From Nemertoderma westbladi (Eukaryota; Animalia; Xenacoelomorpha): a DNA stretch of 64,000 nucleotides. Both the position numbers and the translations under genes were made by a program. Below the pieces are notes generated by a model. The model was not told where the DNA came from. It did not search any database and saw nothing but the letters and a program-made list of their open reading frames with translations. Shown in pieces: positions 1 through 11,491 of the stretch. Each line of letters starts with the position of its first letter. Position 1 is the first letter of the stretch. The stretch is taken from contig JAUCBJ010008890.1 in the NCBI GenBank assembly GCA_032718475.1, positions 1 to 64,000 on the forward strand, written 5' to 3'.

Positions 1-235
1 GAACAAATAGGGAAATATTGGGATTACATACACCAGCAGTTTATTGTAGGGTTACAGTATATTGTACATAATGCAGAACCATTACATGGAAGGTACTGCA
101 GACAAAGTACAAAAGTTATAGAACAAAACCGGACCGGTACGGTATAATCCAGTCATATATAGATCATAGTCAAAAGGACAGTTTTGAATTTCCCGCCCAC
201 CTTAGAGTACATTATTTAATCGTACACTTTCAACA
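1..235 (-). repeat. copia 3' LTR (about 19 bp lie outside the window)
   Basis: Matches 4429-4663; boundary ...ttcaaca at 235. Confidence 0.95.
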
Positions 236-263
236 CTCCCACTCGATTCAATTATCTCGTGAG

Positions 264-1166
264 TTAGGGAACTATTTGGTTCATTACACCCAGTTTATGG
301 CGTAATCCTAAGAATTTCTCCCGTACTAGTCCCTTTGTGAGAATATCAGCCATCATGTTTTGAGTTGGGCAGTATTTAATATCCACTTCACCATTCTCGA
401 TCTTCTCCCTGATGAAGTGGTAGCGGATATCTATGTGCTTCGTTCGACGATGTTGAATTGGATTCTTAGCCAACGCAATCGCCCCCTGGTTATCCTCATA
501 TATAGTTCCGCTATTGAGATGAGCCATCCCAATATCAGCCAGCAATCTGCTCAACCAGATGTATTCTTGGCATGCTGAAGTTAGAGCAATGTATTCAGCC
601 TCAGTGGTTGATAACGCAACAATAGGTTGTTGTTTACTTTGCCAACTTATGGCCCCTCCATTGAATGTAAACACATAACCGGATGTGGATTTGCGATTTG
701 ACTCGTCCCCAGCCCAGTCAGAATCACAATATCCGACCAATAGTCCATTGTCGTTTCCAACGAATTTGATTCCGTAATCCACTGTCCCCTTTATGTATCG
801 TAGTAAACGCTTGATGCCTGCCCAGTGTGTCGCTCCAGGTTTAGATACAAAATGAGATAAAACGCCCACAGCCTGAGCAATATCTGGTCTAGTTCCAATC
901 GCGGCATATAGCAAGCTTCCAATAACTGCTTGGTACAGTGCAGTATCGATACCCTCATCATCATCTGTGAGTTTATCAAACTTCGCATTAACTTCCATAG
1001 GAGTTGACACTGGATTACAACAGTCCATCCCAAAGCGGTACAAGATGTCTTTCAGGTATTGACTCTGAGAAATTGACATTTCCTTCGATTGACGATTCCT
1101 TGTGATAACCATTCCTAGTATATATTCTATCTCACCTTGATCAGTCATCTGAAACTTTGACATCAA
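264..1166 (-). CDS. copia RT C-terminus and RNase H (continuation after the frameshift)
   Basis: TRPDI, GYCDSDWAG, STTEAEY, EDNQGAI, RTKHIDIRYHFIRE and ADILTK motifs. Confidence 0.95.
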   Translation of the reverse strand: MMSKFQMTDQGEIEYILGMVITRNRQSKEMSISQSQYLKDILYRFGMDCCNPVSTPMEVNAKFDKLTDDDEGIDTALYQAVIGSLLYAAIGTRPDIAQAVGVLSHFVSKPGATHWAGIKRLLRYIKGTVDYGIKFVGNDNGLLVGYCDSDWAGDESNRKSTSGYVFTFNGGAISWQSKQQPIVALSTTEAEYIALTSACQEYIWLSRLLADIGMAHLNSGTIYEDNQGAIALAKNPIQHRRTKHIDIRYHFIREKIENGEVDIKYCPTQNMMADILTKGLVREKFLGLRHKLGVMNQIVP

Positions 1167-4100
1167 TCAATAGTGCTTTCTCTTCATTGAGTAGATCGAT
1201 GCAATTTGATGCAATAATCAAGTCATCCACGTATACTGACAATAGGATGAATCTGTTATCTACTTTCTTAACATAAATACAGTTATCAGCCCCCGATTGT
1301 CTGTAACCCTCTCCTTTAAGGACTTTATCAAGTCTCCTATTCCAGAGACGTGCTGATTGTTTCAACCCATATATACTTCTATTTAGTTTACAAACAGAGT
1401 TAGGGTATTCCTTATCTATGTATCCCTGTGGCTGCTTCATGTATATATTTGAATCAATCACCCCATTTAAAAAAGCTGTCTTGACATCTAACTGGTGCAC
1501 ATCCAGGTTAAGTTCATTCGTAATAGCTAATAGAAGTCGAATTGAACTGTAGCGTGCAACAGGGGCAAATACTTCTTTAAAATCAATTCCTTGTTTCTGT
1601 GAGTAGCCCTGAGCTACCAATCGTGCCTTGAATCTACTGACATTCCCTTTGCTATCCCGTTTAATCTTGTAGGTCCATTTGCTCCCTACGAGATTCTTGT
1701 CATTTGGTAGTTCTACCAAATTCCACGTATTATTTTCAGTCAGTGAGTTTATTTCATTGTCCATTGCTTCCTTCCATTGTTTATTATATGGACCCTGTGA
1801 AGCCTCATCGTAGGTTCGTGGCTCGTCCGACTCGATTATCATGGCGAATTCTGCATTGTCTGAAGCTTGAGGTATTAGGTCATGTCGCCAATCACGTGTT
1901 TCCCACCAGTTTCCCCGAATGACCCCTGGATCCGATTCCGGCTCTCTATGTTCACGGCGCGGATATCTATTAATCTCTATTGGGGCCCCTCCAGCCACTA
2001 CATTATGGCCATCATCACCATACAGATGCTGGGCTCCCACTGGATCTCTAGTTTCAGTATTCTGTGGGATACTGAATACATGACTATCACCTAATTCATC
2101 GTACACCTCCTTTGCAGTTTTCGCAAAGTTATTCTCAATAAACTTTACATCTCTACTAACCAACATCTTCTTAGATTCTGGACAGAAGAATTTGTAACCT
2201 TTATGTTCGTTGCAGTAACCAACGAATCTGCACCGAATGGATTTTGCATCCAATTTCTTCCTTGTCTTATCAGGGATATGAATGTAAGCATCACAACCAA
2301 ATACTCGCAGATTACTTACGTCTGGTTTGTGGTCATGCCAAACTTCATATGGAGTCTTTCCTCTAATAACTGACGTTGGACTCCGATTCCTTAAGTATAC
2401 GGCCGTACTGACGGCTTCCGCCCAGAAACACTTAGGCAATGAAGAGTTATGGAGCATTGATCTTACACTTTCCATTAGTGTTCGATTTAGCCTTTCAGCT
2501 ATCCCATTCTGCTGTGGAGTATGTGGTACACTGAATTCTCGTTGAATACCTCGTTCCGAACAATAATTATTGAATTCATTTGATGTGTATTCCCCACCAT
2601 TGTCACTTCTGAGAATTTTTACCCTTTTTCCTGTAGCATTTTCAGCAGTAGCTACATATTCTTTGAACTTCTCAAATACACTGCTCTTATTTCGTATACA
2701 GAATTCCATTATGTATCGAGATCGGTCATCGGTAAATGTGACAAAATATCGAGACCCCCCTATGGATTCAGTCGGCAACGGTCCACATACGTCACTATGC
2801 ACTAGCTCCAGTATTTCACGTTCCTTGGATTCAGCTTCCTTGGTAGGAAATGGTAATCGATGGTGTTTCCCAATTATACAAGACTCGCATAGCTTATCAT
2901 TTTCTCCAGCCATCTTCATTCCGGAAATCATGTTCTTATTTATTAGTTGTTTTAAACTATCATAATTTAAATGTCCATATCGCTGGTGCCACAAATTTAT
3001 ATCAACTTTCTCAGCTGCGATATTCAAATAATCATTCTCATGGAATTGGTAGAGTTTACCATTGAGTTTTCCAATGATTTCCTTACAGCCATTTACCATC
3101 ACTATACATTCGTCATTGGTGAATATGACTTCCACACCTTTAGCAGCTTTATTAGCAGCACGTACAGAAAATAAGTTTCTCCTAAGCTCAGGTAGGTACA
3201 ACACATCTTTTAAAGTAATAGAGCGCAATTTACCCTCAACAGCGACCTCTATGTGTATATTTCCTGTTCCAACAGCATTAACAACCCGATTATCGCCCAG
3301 CAGAATTGGACGTGGTGGCTCCAACTCCTTGAATGAATTATATTTCGATTTATCAAATGTCATATGCTGTGATGCTCCGGAATCTATACACCAATCTGCA
3401 GTTCCTGTCATTGAGGTAATCAGAGCAATGCCGCACTCCATACCATTTTCCTCTGCAACCTCGGCATGTTCATTTTGTCCCAAACTTGACTGTTTACCCT
3501 TTTGACCAAATTTTGGTGGCTTATAGCAGTCACGTTTCCAGTGCCCCTTATTACCGCAATTATAGCATTTACCAGGTTTATCCCCACCTCCAGATTTTTT
3601 ATTGTGGCTACTGCTACTGGGGCTTTTAAACATTGGACTTTTCTTTGTCGAACTTCCACCAGCAGATGCTGTGAAGGCATTTTCAGTCAGTTTATCTCGA
3701 TTAATAAACTGTTTACTTTTCTCTTCCTCATGCAGACACCGATCGCGAACTGATCCCCAGGTCAGTGTATCCAAGTCTGAACCTTCAAGTGACGTTACCA
3801 GACTCGCGAATAATGGTGGAAGACTAGACAACAGAATAACAATCAAGTCCCGCTCCTGTACGGGATCGCCTATTTCCCGTAAATGATCTGAGAGTTTTCT
3901 AATCTCATTCACATGCGTTAATACTGAATCGCCTTCCTTCAGTATTAAATTGTACAATCGACGCCTATACATGACCACGTGTGCCAACGTAGTCTTTTCG
4001 AAATGATCCCTTAGGCTTGTCCATGCCTCCTTGGCAGTCGTAGCATTCCGGACATAAACCTGTTGATCAGTTTCCATGTTTAGGCAAATAATCGCCCTTG

Positions 4101-4299
4101 CTCGATTGTCGCCTCGCCTAAATGCTGTACGCCTAGCATCCTCGGCAGCCGGATCCAGAACCTCGGTACCGTCCGCATAACCCCATAAATCCTTAGCTAT
4201 CAACAATAGTTCCATTTGGAATTTCCAGTCGTGGTAGTTTTCGCCATTGAATTTAGCAATGCGAAATTCATCCTTTATGGTTACCTCCGACATTCTCAA
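1141..4299 (-). CDS. copia Gag-Pol polyprotein (gag, zinc knuckle, protease, integrase, RT to just past YVDD), frameshifted near 1165
   Basis: CYNCGNKGHWKRDC knuckle; DSGASQH protease; WHQRYGH, LVHSDVCGP, SDNGGEY and PQQNGIAER integrase; KARLVAQG and YVDD RT. Confidence 0.95.
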   Translation of the reverse strand: MRMSEVTIKDEFRIAKFNGENYHDWKFQMELLLIAKDLWGYADGTEVLDPAAEDARRTAFRRGDNRARAIICLNMETDQQVYVRNATTAKEAWTSLRDHFEKTTLAHVVMYRRRLYNLILKEGDSVLTHVNEIRKLSDHLREIGDPVQERDLIVILLSSLPPLFASLVTSLEGSDLDTLTWGSVRDRCLHEEEKSKQFINRDKLTENAFTASAGGSSTKKSPMFKSPSSSSHNKKSGGGDKPGKCYNCGNKGHWKRDCYKPPKFGQKGKQSSLGQNEHAEVAEENGMECGIALITSMTGTADWCIDSGASQHMTFDKSKYNSFKELEPPRPILLGDNRVVNAVGTGNIHIEVAVEGKLRSITLKDVLYLPELRRNLFSVRAANKAAKGVEVIFTNDECIVMVNGCKEIIGKLNGKLYQFHENDYLNIAAEKVDINLWHQRYGHLNYDSLKQLINKNMISGMKMAGENDKLCESCIIGKHHRLPFPTKEAESKEREILELVHSDVCGPLPTESIGGSRYFVTFTDDRSRYIMEFCIRNKSSVFEKFKEYVATAENATGKRVKILRSDNGGEYTSNEFNNYCSERGIQREFSVPHTPQQNGIAERLNRTLMESVRSMLHNSSLPKCFWAEAVSTAVYLRNRSPTSVIRGKTPYEVWHDHKPDVSNLRVFGCDAYIHIPDKTRKKLDAKSIRCRFVGYCNEHKGYKFFCPESKKMLVSRDVKFIENNFAKTAKEVYDELGDSHVFSIPQNTETRDPVGAQHLYGDDGHNVVAGGAPIEINRYPRREHREPESDPGVIRGNWWETRDWRHDLIPQASDNAEFAMIIESDEPRTYDEASQGPYNKQWKEAMDNEINSLTENNTWNLVELPNDKNLVGSKWTYKIKRDSKGNVSRFKARLVAQGYSQKQGIDFKEVFAPVARYSSIRLLLAITNELNLDVHQLDVKTAFLNGVIDSNIYMKQPQGYIDKEYPNSVCKLNRSIYGLKQSARLWNRRLDKVLKGEGYRQSGADNCIYVKKVDNRFILLSVYVDDLIIASNCIDLLNEEKALLIDVKVSDD

Positions 4300-4395
4300 A
4301 ATGCGAGTTTGTTACAGCTTTTACTGGGTAATTTACCTATCCCAATATTTGAAACTTCCCTGCACTAATTTTATTCCCGGTAGTGGTTTAGCAGC

Positions 4396-4409
4396 CTGGG
4401 CCCATAACC
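4396..4409 (-). promoter_or_regulatory. primer binding site GGTTATGGGCCCAG (half-tRNA-iMet type, as in Drosophila copia)
   Basis: Directly abuts the 5' LTR on the minus strand; matches the known copia PBS that is complementary to an internal part of initiator tRNA-Met. Confidence 0.85.
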
Positions 4410-4663
4410 TGTTGAATTTTATCCGGCAGAACAAATAGGGAAATATTGGGATTACATACACCAGCAGTTTATTGTAGGGTTACAGTATATTGTACATAAT
4501 GCAGAACCATTACATGGAAGGTACTGCAGACAAAGTACAAAAGTTATAGAACAAAACCGGACCGGTACGGTATAATCCAGTCATATATAGATCATAGTCA
4601 AAAGGACAGTTTTGAATTTCCCGCCCACCTTAGAGTACATTATTTAATCGTACACTTTCAACA
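4410..4663 (-). repeat. copia 5' LTR, 254 bp
   Basis: TG...CA termini with 7-bp inverted ends TGTTGAA/TTCAACA. Confidence 0.95.
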
Positions 4664-5040
4664 TGTAACCTGCTCCTTTCCCTGTATTGCTAAAGAAACG
4701 GATTATTATTTCGGTTAGAAAGGCCCGCCTTTGTAACCTGCTCTTTTCCCCGCATTGCTTAATAAAACGTTTATTGTTTTGGTTAGAAAAGCACGCCGTT
4801 GTATCCTGCTCCTTTCCTTGTATTGCTAAAGAAAGGGATTATTATTTTGTTAGAAAAGCCCGCCTTTGTAACCTGCTCATTTCCCTGTATTGCTAAAGAA
4901 ACCTTTATTGTTTTGGTTAGAAAAGCCCGCCGTTGTAACCTGCTCCTTTCCCTGTATTGCTAAAGAAAAGGATTATTATTTCGGTTAGAAAAGCCCGTCT
5001 TTTTAACCGGCTCCTTTCCCTGTATTGCTAAAGAAAGTTA
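4664..5040. repeat. ~68-bp tandem repeat (about 5.5 copies) abutting the copia LTR
   Basis: Unit tgtaacctgctcctttccctgtattgctaaagaaa...ggttagaaaagcccgcc starts at 4664, 4732, 4800, 4867, 4934 and 5002. Confidence 0.9.
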
Positions 5041-5909
5041 TTTTCAGATTTAGATGCCCCCTCCAAGCCGCGGCCCCTAGGCTTTACAGTAATAATCCTA
5101 CTGTATACGTAGAAGAGGTCCTACAACGCTGCAAGTTTGTAAAGCTGATACGTATTAGTCTGCCTGCATTACGTTCTGTACTGTAGTTATTGGTAGCCTT
5201 CCACTACTGTGTGTTTGAGTTTTTCTGTGTGACTTAGCAAGTAACTTATTACAGTAGAATGAATGTCAGTATTATATTAGGTCGGGTTAAGAGTCAGGTT
5301 AGTTAATTCGAAGAATAGATTCAAGTACAAGTGGCAGAAAATCTGCGCAAAAGGACATCTGCAGCAGATTTGGAAGTAAAATGTAATGTTTATAACAAAT
5401 TTGGGTTCTTTTCGGTTCTATCGGGTTCTTTTGGGTCTATTGGATTCTTTTGGGAGTTTAGTATGACCCTTTTTTGATGCGCCAATAAACCAAATCCAAT
5501 TGAAATCGATATTGGCGCCTGCTCATTCATTCATTGTTATCGAGTTGGGCCTGAGCTCGAGCTTGCTTGAACTCATTGTTCTGCCCTTGATAAATATTTC
5601 TACGCAAATATTACTTCGCCATTTCCCCAATAAATATGCCGAAAAGTCGGCATTTTAGAAAACTTGGGAAATTCTGGACTTTACATTTATATTTACATTA
5701 TATTGGCACACAATTACAGTCCTTCTATTTCTCGGTTTCCATGATAACCACTGCTAATACACGTTTTAAAAAATATATCCTTAATTTTGGAAATAAACTA
5801 CTCAATGAAACTTCCTTGAAATCGATATGTGTTACCTGGAACCACAAACCGGATCTGTAATGACAAACTCGGCAGTTCCAGAAAACTCCAGTTGCCATGG
5901 TAATGGGAG

Positions 5910-6140
5910 TTTCAAGCAAAGCAAACAGTCGGCCGAAGCCGGAGGCGACCCGAAGGCTCCTCTTTCGATAGCTGCTACCCGAGGGTAGGGGTGGGCGCTA
6001 CTCCTATCCCATGATTTGCTCCCAGTTATTTAACTGGTACTCATTTTCAGTGGATGAAAGGCGGAGTGGACCCTGGCGGGGCTGAACCTACAACCAATAG
6101 ATTGCAGGCCCGGCGCTCAACCAACTGAGCTACCCCGCCT
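5910..6140 (-). mobile_element. tRNA-derived SINE with a Nin/Deu-like core and 9-bp TSD
   Basis: Head GGCGGGGTAGCTCAGTTGG (A box) and GGTTCAGCCC (B-box-like); core ACTCCGCCTTTCATCC...AAAATGAGTACCAG; short TTTGC-repeat tail; TAATGGGAG at 5901-5909 and 6141-6149. Confidence 0.85.
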
Positions 6141-7794
6141 TAATGGGAGGTTAATTAATGCATATGCCTCTTAAATAGGTAAAGCAATTAACTGTTGAAT
6201 CACAGAGTGTTTAATTCTTCTTAGCTTCGTGGTTGCATTTCCTTTAGGAAATGCCTTTCTAGTAAGAATACAGTGCAGCTGTAAATTCCAACATGCAAGG
6301 ATGGAAGCAAACTCAAATCCCACCTTATAATATACTGATACTACAAAGCCAGCCAGCTGGCTTTAAACGAACCTGCCCCTCAAACCAGTACCCTGAGTGA
6401 GCGAAAATGAAAACACGAAAATTGCCATCAACTAAACGATACAGTAGAAACACCAGCTGCTGGTACTCATGTGGGCCTAGTAAGCTACTACTATTTATTG
6501 AATGGATAGGCCCAAACTGCAGAGAAGTATATTACTTGCTAAATGTATTACTCTCTCACTTTATCCCAGACAGTTATCAAACATCAACTATTAGTTTTTA
6601 TAATATATTACCCCGACAGCTGAATAGCAATTCCCAGTGAATCCTATGGGAATATCTATAAGGTTACTACTACTCACTGCTATGTTAGGTGGGAGGCCAG
6701 CTGATCGAATTGTAAGCACTGGGCCGTTCAAATGTTTTATAGGTTGATTGATATAATGAATGAGGAGGGACCCAACTGAACTAACACTACGTTTGACTAT
6801 GGACGGTCTCCTTATAACCAGAAGCCTTATAACCAGAAGCCAGTCAACTTACTGGCTTTTCTAGTTGAATCATATTATTCTGCAACCAATAATTTACTCT
6901 TTTAGACGAATTAGTGCGTTTTTTTTTTGCCGGACTAACAAATTTTGGCGACGTTCTGTGCGAGATTGGCGATATTTGAAAAGATTCTGAGGCACAAATA
7001 TGTTGCTCAAATGACTGAATAGCCCAAATAAAAAAGTTGGTCCATACTCGACGGGTTGGAATCGGTGAAATTCGACTTTAAATTTTCAAAACCGCAATTT
7101 TTCAGTGACCCCGTGATCGAAACGCCACAAAAAATATACAGTCTTGTGCGCAACCAAGATTTATGTAGAGTTTGTTATTAAAATGTTTGCGTACCTGCTT
7201 GAGATATTGGATGGTTATACATATATACACTACACATATTTTATATACATAACCACATCGTGTTTTTGAACGGCTCAACTCTTGACAAGAACTACCCTGG
7301 CCTATTATAGGCAGGTTCGTTATAACTGCATCGTCATTCACATGCAGTACTGTATGTAGTAAGCCTAAATAACATTGCCCATAAAATTACTAGACGTCTT
7401 ACGAACAATAACTTCGTATTTGCAGCTGCCTGGCTGTGGCAGTACAGTGCTGCAGTGGCAAAACATAAAACTGTAATACAGTAATACAATAATAAAAGTA
7501 CTCAGTACAGCAGTAGCTTCAGTAGTCCTTGAATAAAAGTAAGATTTCACTGTCTGACTGTACCGGTCAGCCGGCAGGCCGGTCTGCCTGTAGCCTAACA
7601 GTGAACAGCTGAACAGCCTAATACCTGCATACAGCCATAACTCTTAAACAAAAATAATCAACATTTCACAGTTTCAGCCTTAACTGCTTACAGGCGGCTT
7701 AAGCTCGCTCCGGTCTTTCGGTCGCATTTAATTTTCAAATACACATTAACACATGCCTACATCGCTACATCCAGGATCTAGACACGGGCAGACG

Positions 7795-9258
7795 GGTGCT
7801 TAGATCGTGGCTTTTCCAGTTAACATTATTCCATTTTGTATAAAACAAGTGATGTGGTTGGAGAAACCTGCTAGGGGCTGCTACTAACTGACTAAGCAGC
7901 AACCAATCACGTTAATCCTGTTTAACACAGAGTCAATGAGAATGGAATATTGCATATTGCTAACTTCAAAAAGTTCAGGTTAGACCTACCATTATTCCAA
8001 AGTGATTACACATTACAGTAATTAAGCTGCTAGTGTTAGTCTGTCTGTCTGTAGTCTGTTAGTCAGTTAGAAATCGAGTAAGCCATATAATATTTATTAT
8101 ATGGTACAATACCAGAATACTCTTGCCACGTAGTAATATTCAATGCTGCAATGTGGGAAAAATAGTGAAAATACAGGTCTCACAATCAGTTCATCACCCC
8201 GAAACTCGTGTTGCGTTTTATTCACACAACTTCTATGACACCAACCACTTCGTGCAAACGGGGTGAGATGCTACCCCGTAACGCCGACAACCAACGCCGA
8301 CAACCATTATTAAAGCTAATTCTGTAATTAATGTTATTTATTAATTGAGGGAAAGGAACAGGTTACAGTGGAAGGTTAGTTAGTCTACTGGCTGACTGGT
8401 CTAACCAAAACAAGAAACGAGAGTTACGAACTCAGGTTACATTTTCATATTTGCATTTGCTGTTGTCGGCAGTGGTTGCCGGTTGTTGGCGTAGTGTTTT
8501 ACACCCTTGCAAACGCTACATCCTATCCATTCATTTGGTTTCCATGCAGCAAGGTCTGTCTGTCAGTCTGTAGGTAGCATTCCCGACACGCGAGTCAGCG
8601 AGTAGCAAAAAGAACAGTGCTGGCAGGCTGGACAGCGTGGAAATGGTTTAGTCTCGCTGTCAGTTCTCCTTTTATAAATTTTTTGTTTGTGTCTCGATAA
8701 TGCAGAGGTTGCTGTGTACTTCTTCTCGCATAAATTACATTCCACTACTTTTTTAATCGTCTCATTACTGCCCCCATGTAACTACCATGAGAAAGAATAA
8801 GGCCACTTTAACAGTTTAAGGCTTAAAGTACTGAAGTATTGAATTAACAAAACCTGCTATTACTGATTACAGTATTATGTCAGTATGTACCTGCATTGGC
8901 TTTGGCTATAATTACTGTTGCTTCAATTCTTAATAATTTGATTTGCTGTACCTACTGATGTACTGTTCTGCCTGACGCCTGACTGCAGACTGCTTTCCTT
9001 TCGATATAACTTGTATAATGAAACAGACAAGGCTGCAAGGGGAGGGTGATAATAGTGAATACAGATACTGAGATATGGAATAAAGGTAACCTGAACTTTT
9101 TCATGTTAGCAGTGTTAGCAATATTCCATTCTCATTGACTCTGTGTTAAACAGGATTAACGTGATTGGTTGCTGCTTAGTAGCAGCTTTCACCAACCACA
9201 TTACTTGTTTTATACAAAATGGACTAATGTTAACTGGAAAAGCCACGATCTAAGCACC
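7795..9258. mobile_element. non-autonomous DNA transposon with ~150-bp imperfect TIRs and an internal C2H2 zinc-finger remnant
   Basis: 7795-7963 is the reverse complement of 9114-9258; minus-strand ORF 8563-8745 reads CNLCEKKY...LSRHKQKIY; no clean TSD seen. Confidence 0.75.
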
Positions 9259-11491
9259 AGTGGATCCAGACATCATACATGCTCATGTGCTGTGCTCTCT
9301 TCTCTGGCTGTGGCAGCAGGGTAGTCTGGTGCTCTGCACAACTGCTCCAGGCCTAGTTTAAAAAATTCATTTATAACAGTTCTGCAGTTTAAATAAAAAT
9401 TAGGACCACGGCTGTACGGCCTGACGGTAGCCTACCGCCAGACCGGCCTACTGTCAGACTGTGTACTGGGCTAACCGCAACAGGTACCAGTAGCGGTACA
9501 ATACCAGAATACGGTAGGCTGATATGGATTTCCAGATATCTGGGTAAATAATACCGTAATCAGGTAATAGGCGATAGGCACTAGAGGTGCTAGGCTGCTA
9601 CTGTCTGACTGTGCTAGACAGGCCTATCAGCCTATCTACCTATATCAGTCAGTCAGTACATGTTCTATTCATTGTTCATAGAAAATACGCCATCCACCAT
9701 CGTAGAAAACACAACAAAAGGAAAAACAAACCCAAACAAGAAACTACTACTGACATAACCGAACGGCCCCATACTGCCATACAGCCCAGGCTGCAAACCA
9801 CCACTGACAGACTGAACCGCGCACAACGCCCTGCCACCTGCCGCCTGCGCTCAATTTTTCAACCGCGCAATATTGGACAATACACCGCGCTCGCGCATGC
9901 ACCGAAAAAAACGCGCATACCACATCTGCACATTTTAACAAAAAAAAAACGCGAGCGAGCAAAATGTTTTCATTAACAATGCAAAATGCAAAGAAACGCG
10001 AGCCAAGCGAGCGAAATTTCTTTGTGGAAAATTATTTTTCTCACTTTGCACTGTTGCATGCATGTAAACTTTTTTACATCTCATCCGTCTGTCCGTCTGT
10101 CCGCGCACTTTTAGGACTTTTGATATTTTGCACAGATTACTGCGCACTTTTGTTGTCTTTCACACAATTTCGCGCACTTTTATTTCAATTCCACGCGCTT
10201 TTACCGCGCACCATTTCAAATACGCGCACAACGCGTTGCGATTTTTGGACTTCATTTGCAGCCTGGCATACAGCCATAGGCTGATAGGACCATACCATAC
10301 TGTTATACAGTTATATAGTATACCGTACCATTACAGCATTAGGCCCTATGCAGTAGGCTATACAGCAGTACACAGATACACATCAGGATCAGCAGCATAT
10401 ACCTGAATCTGAGTACAGGAGTATAGCAGTCTGCAGTACAAGCTGACAAGTATGAAATGGACTTACCGGTACCCCTAGGACTATCCTACAGCCTACACCA
10501 ACCCCAGTCATACTCCAAGCTGGAATTAGTGGAATTGCTCACAATGCTCGCCGGAGTTACGCCGAGCCCGATACATTTTACGCTCACGCTTCGGTCATTT
10601 GAATGGCTACGCTCAGGCTATTATCATGATTATTCCGCAAATCAGGGCCTTTTGTAGGAGTAGGGGGGGGGGGGGGGGGGGGGGGGGGGATTCCTTGTGA
10701 TGCCATTTAGCCATTATTGCCCCAATTTTAAATTCATGTTGCCATGTTCAGACTGTCAGTGTAATGAAACACGAAGCAAGGCGATGACATTCGCTGCTGA
10801 GCCGCGGATTTCATTCTGTATGCGGCGGTATATTTTACAACTTTAGTGAAACAGTTCCACACTTGGTCATACTGGGGGGGCAGCCAACACTACACAGAGC
10901 AGGACCCCGGACCAATCCCAGGTCCCTGACAGAGTGACAGACTTAGACCAACGCCAGACTGACTACCTGACCCCTCACCTACACATACACCAATCCCTGA
11001 CAAACCATAATAAACCACATATTTATAATATTCAGTTACGGTATGATAATTATATTATTGTAGGCCTATTAATACATTAAATAGACCCTACCTTAGGCAG
11101 TACGTTAAGCTAATTTGTTCCTAACTGACCAATATTTAATACTTATCTGATTATAAATATAATATAATAGGGCCTATATATTATGTTTCATCCATAGTCA
11201 ATAGTTCTGAAGTTATTCTACCGTATATATATATATGTCAGTAACCGTATATTTAATACCAAATACCAATACAACTCATCACATATATATATAATTAGAC
11301 TTTGTTTTGTATATAAATACAAACTTGCATTTATACAAACTTTGTTGGATTAGCTTATATTTGTTACACTACCTATATCTGTATATTCTATATTATACTA
11401 AATAGTATAATATATACATATTTGACGACTTACAAGTATTCCTTATCTCCTCGACACATCATCTTCAAAAACTACTAAACTAACAACCATA

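Larger units (their letters stand above)
1..4663 (-). mobile_element. Ty1/copia LTR retrotransposon, near full length (3' LTR cut by the window edge)
   Basis: LTR 4410-4663 (TGTTGAA...TTCAACA) matches 1-235, with no mismatch seen by eye. PBS lies next to the 5' LTR and a purine tract GAGTGGGAG next to the 3' LTR. Domain order is gag-PR-IN-RT-RH. Confidence 0.97.

Noticed and set aside
6065-6140. tRNA gene
   Set aside because: Acceptor and anticodon stems do not pair; it is the head of a TSD-flanked SINE.
9700-10260. CGCGCA-rich segment with short ORFs
   Set aside because: Probably a repeat remnant, but no termini, TSD or protein similarity could be identified.
10455-10620. Possible minus-strand exon ending in CCG|GTAAGT near 10466 as PRPF8 exon 5
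   Set aside because: All three frames contain stops and show no Prp8 similarity; could be a non-coding exon or repeat but is unsupported.
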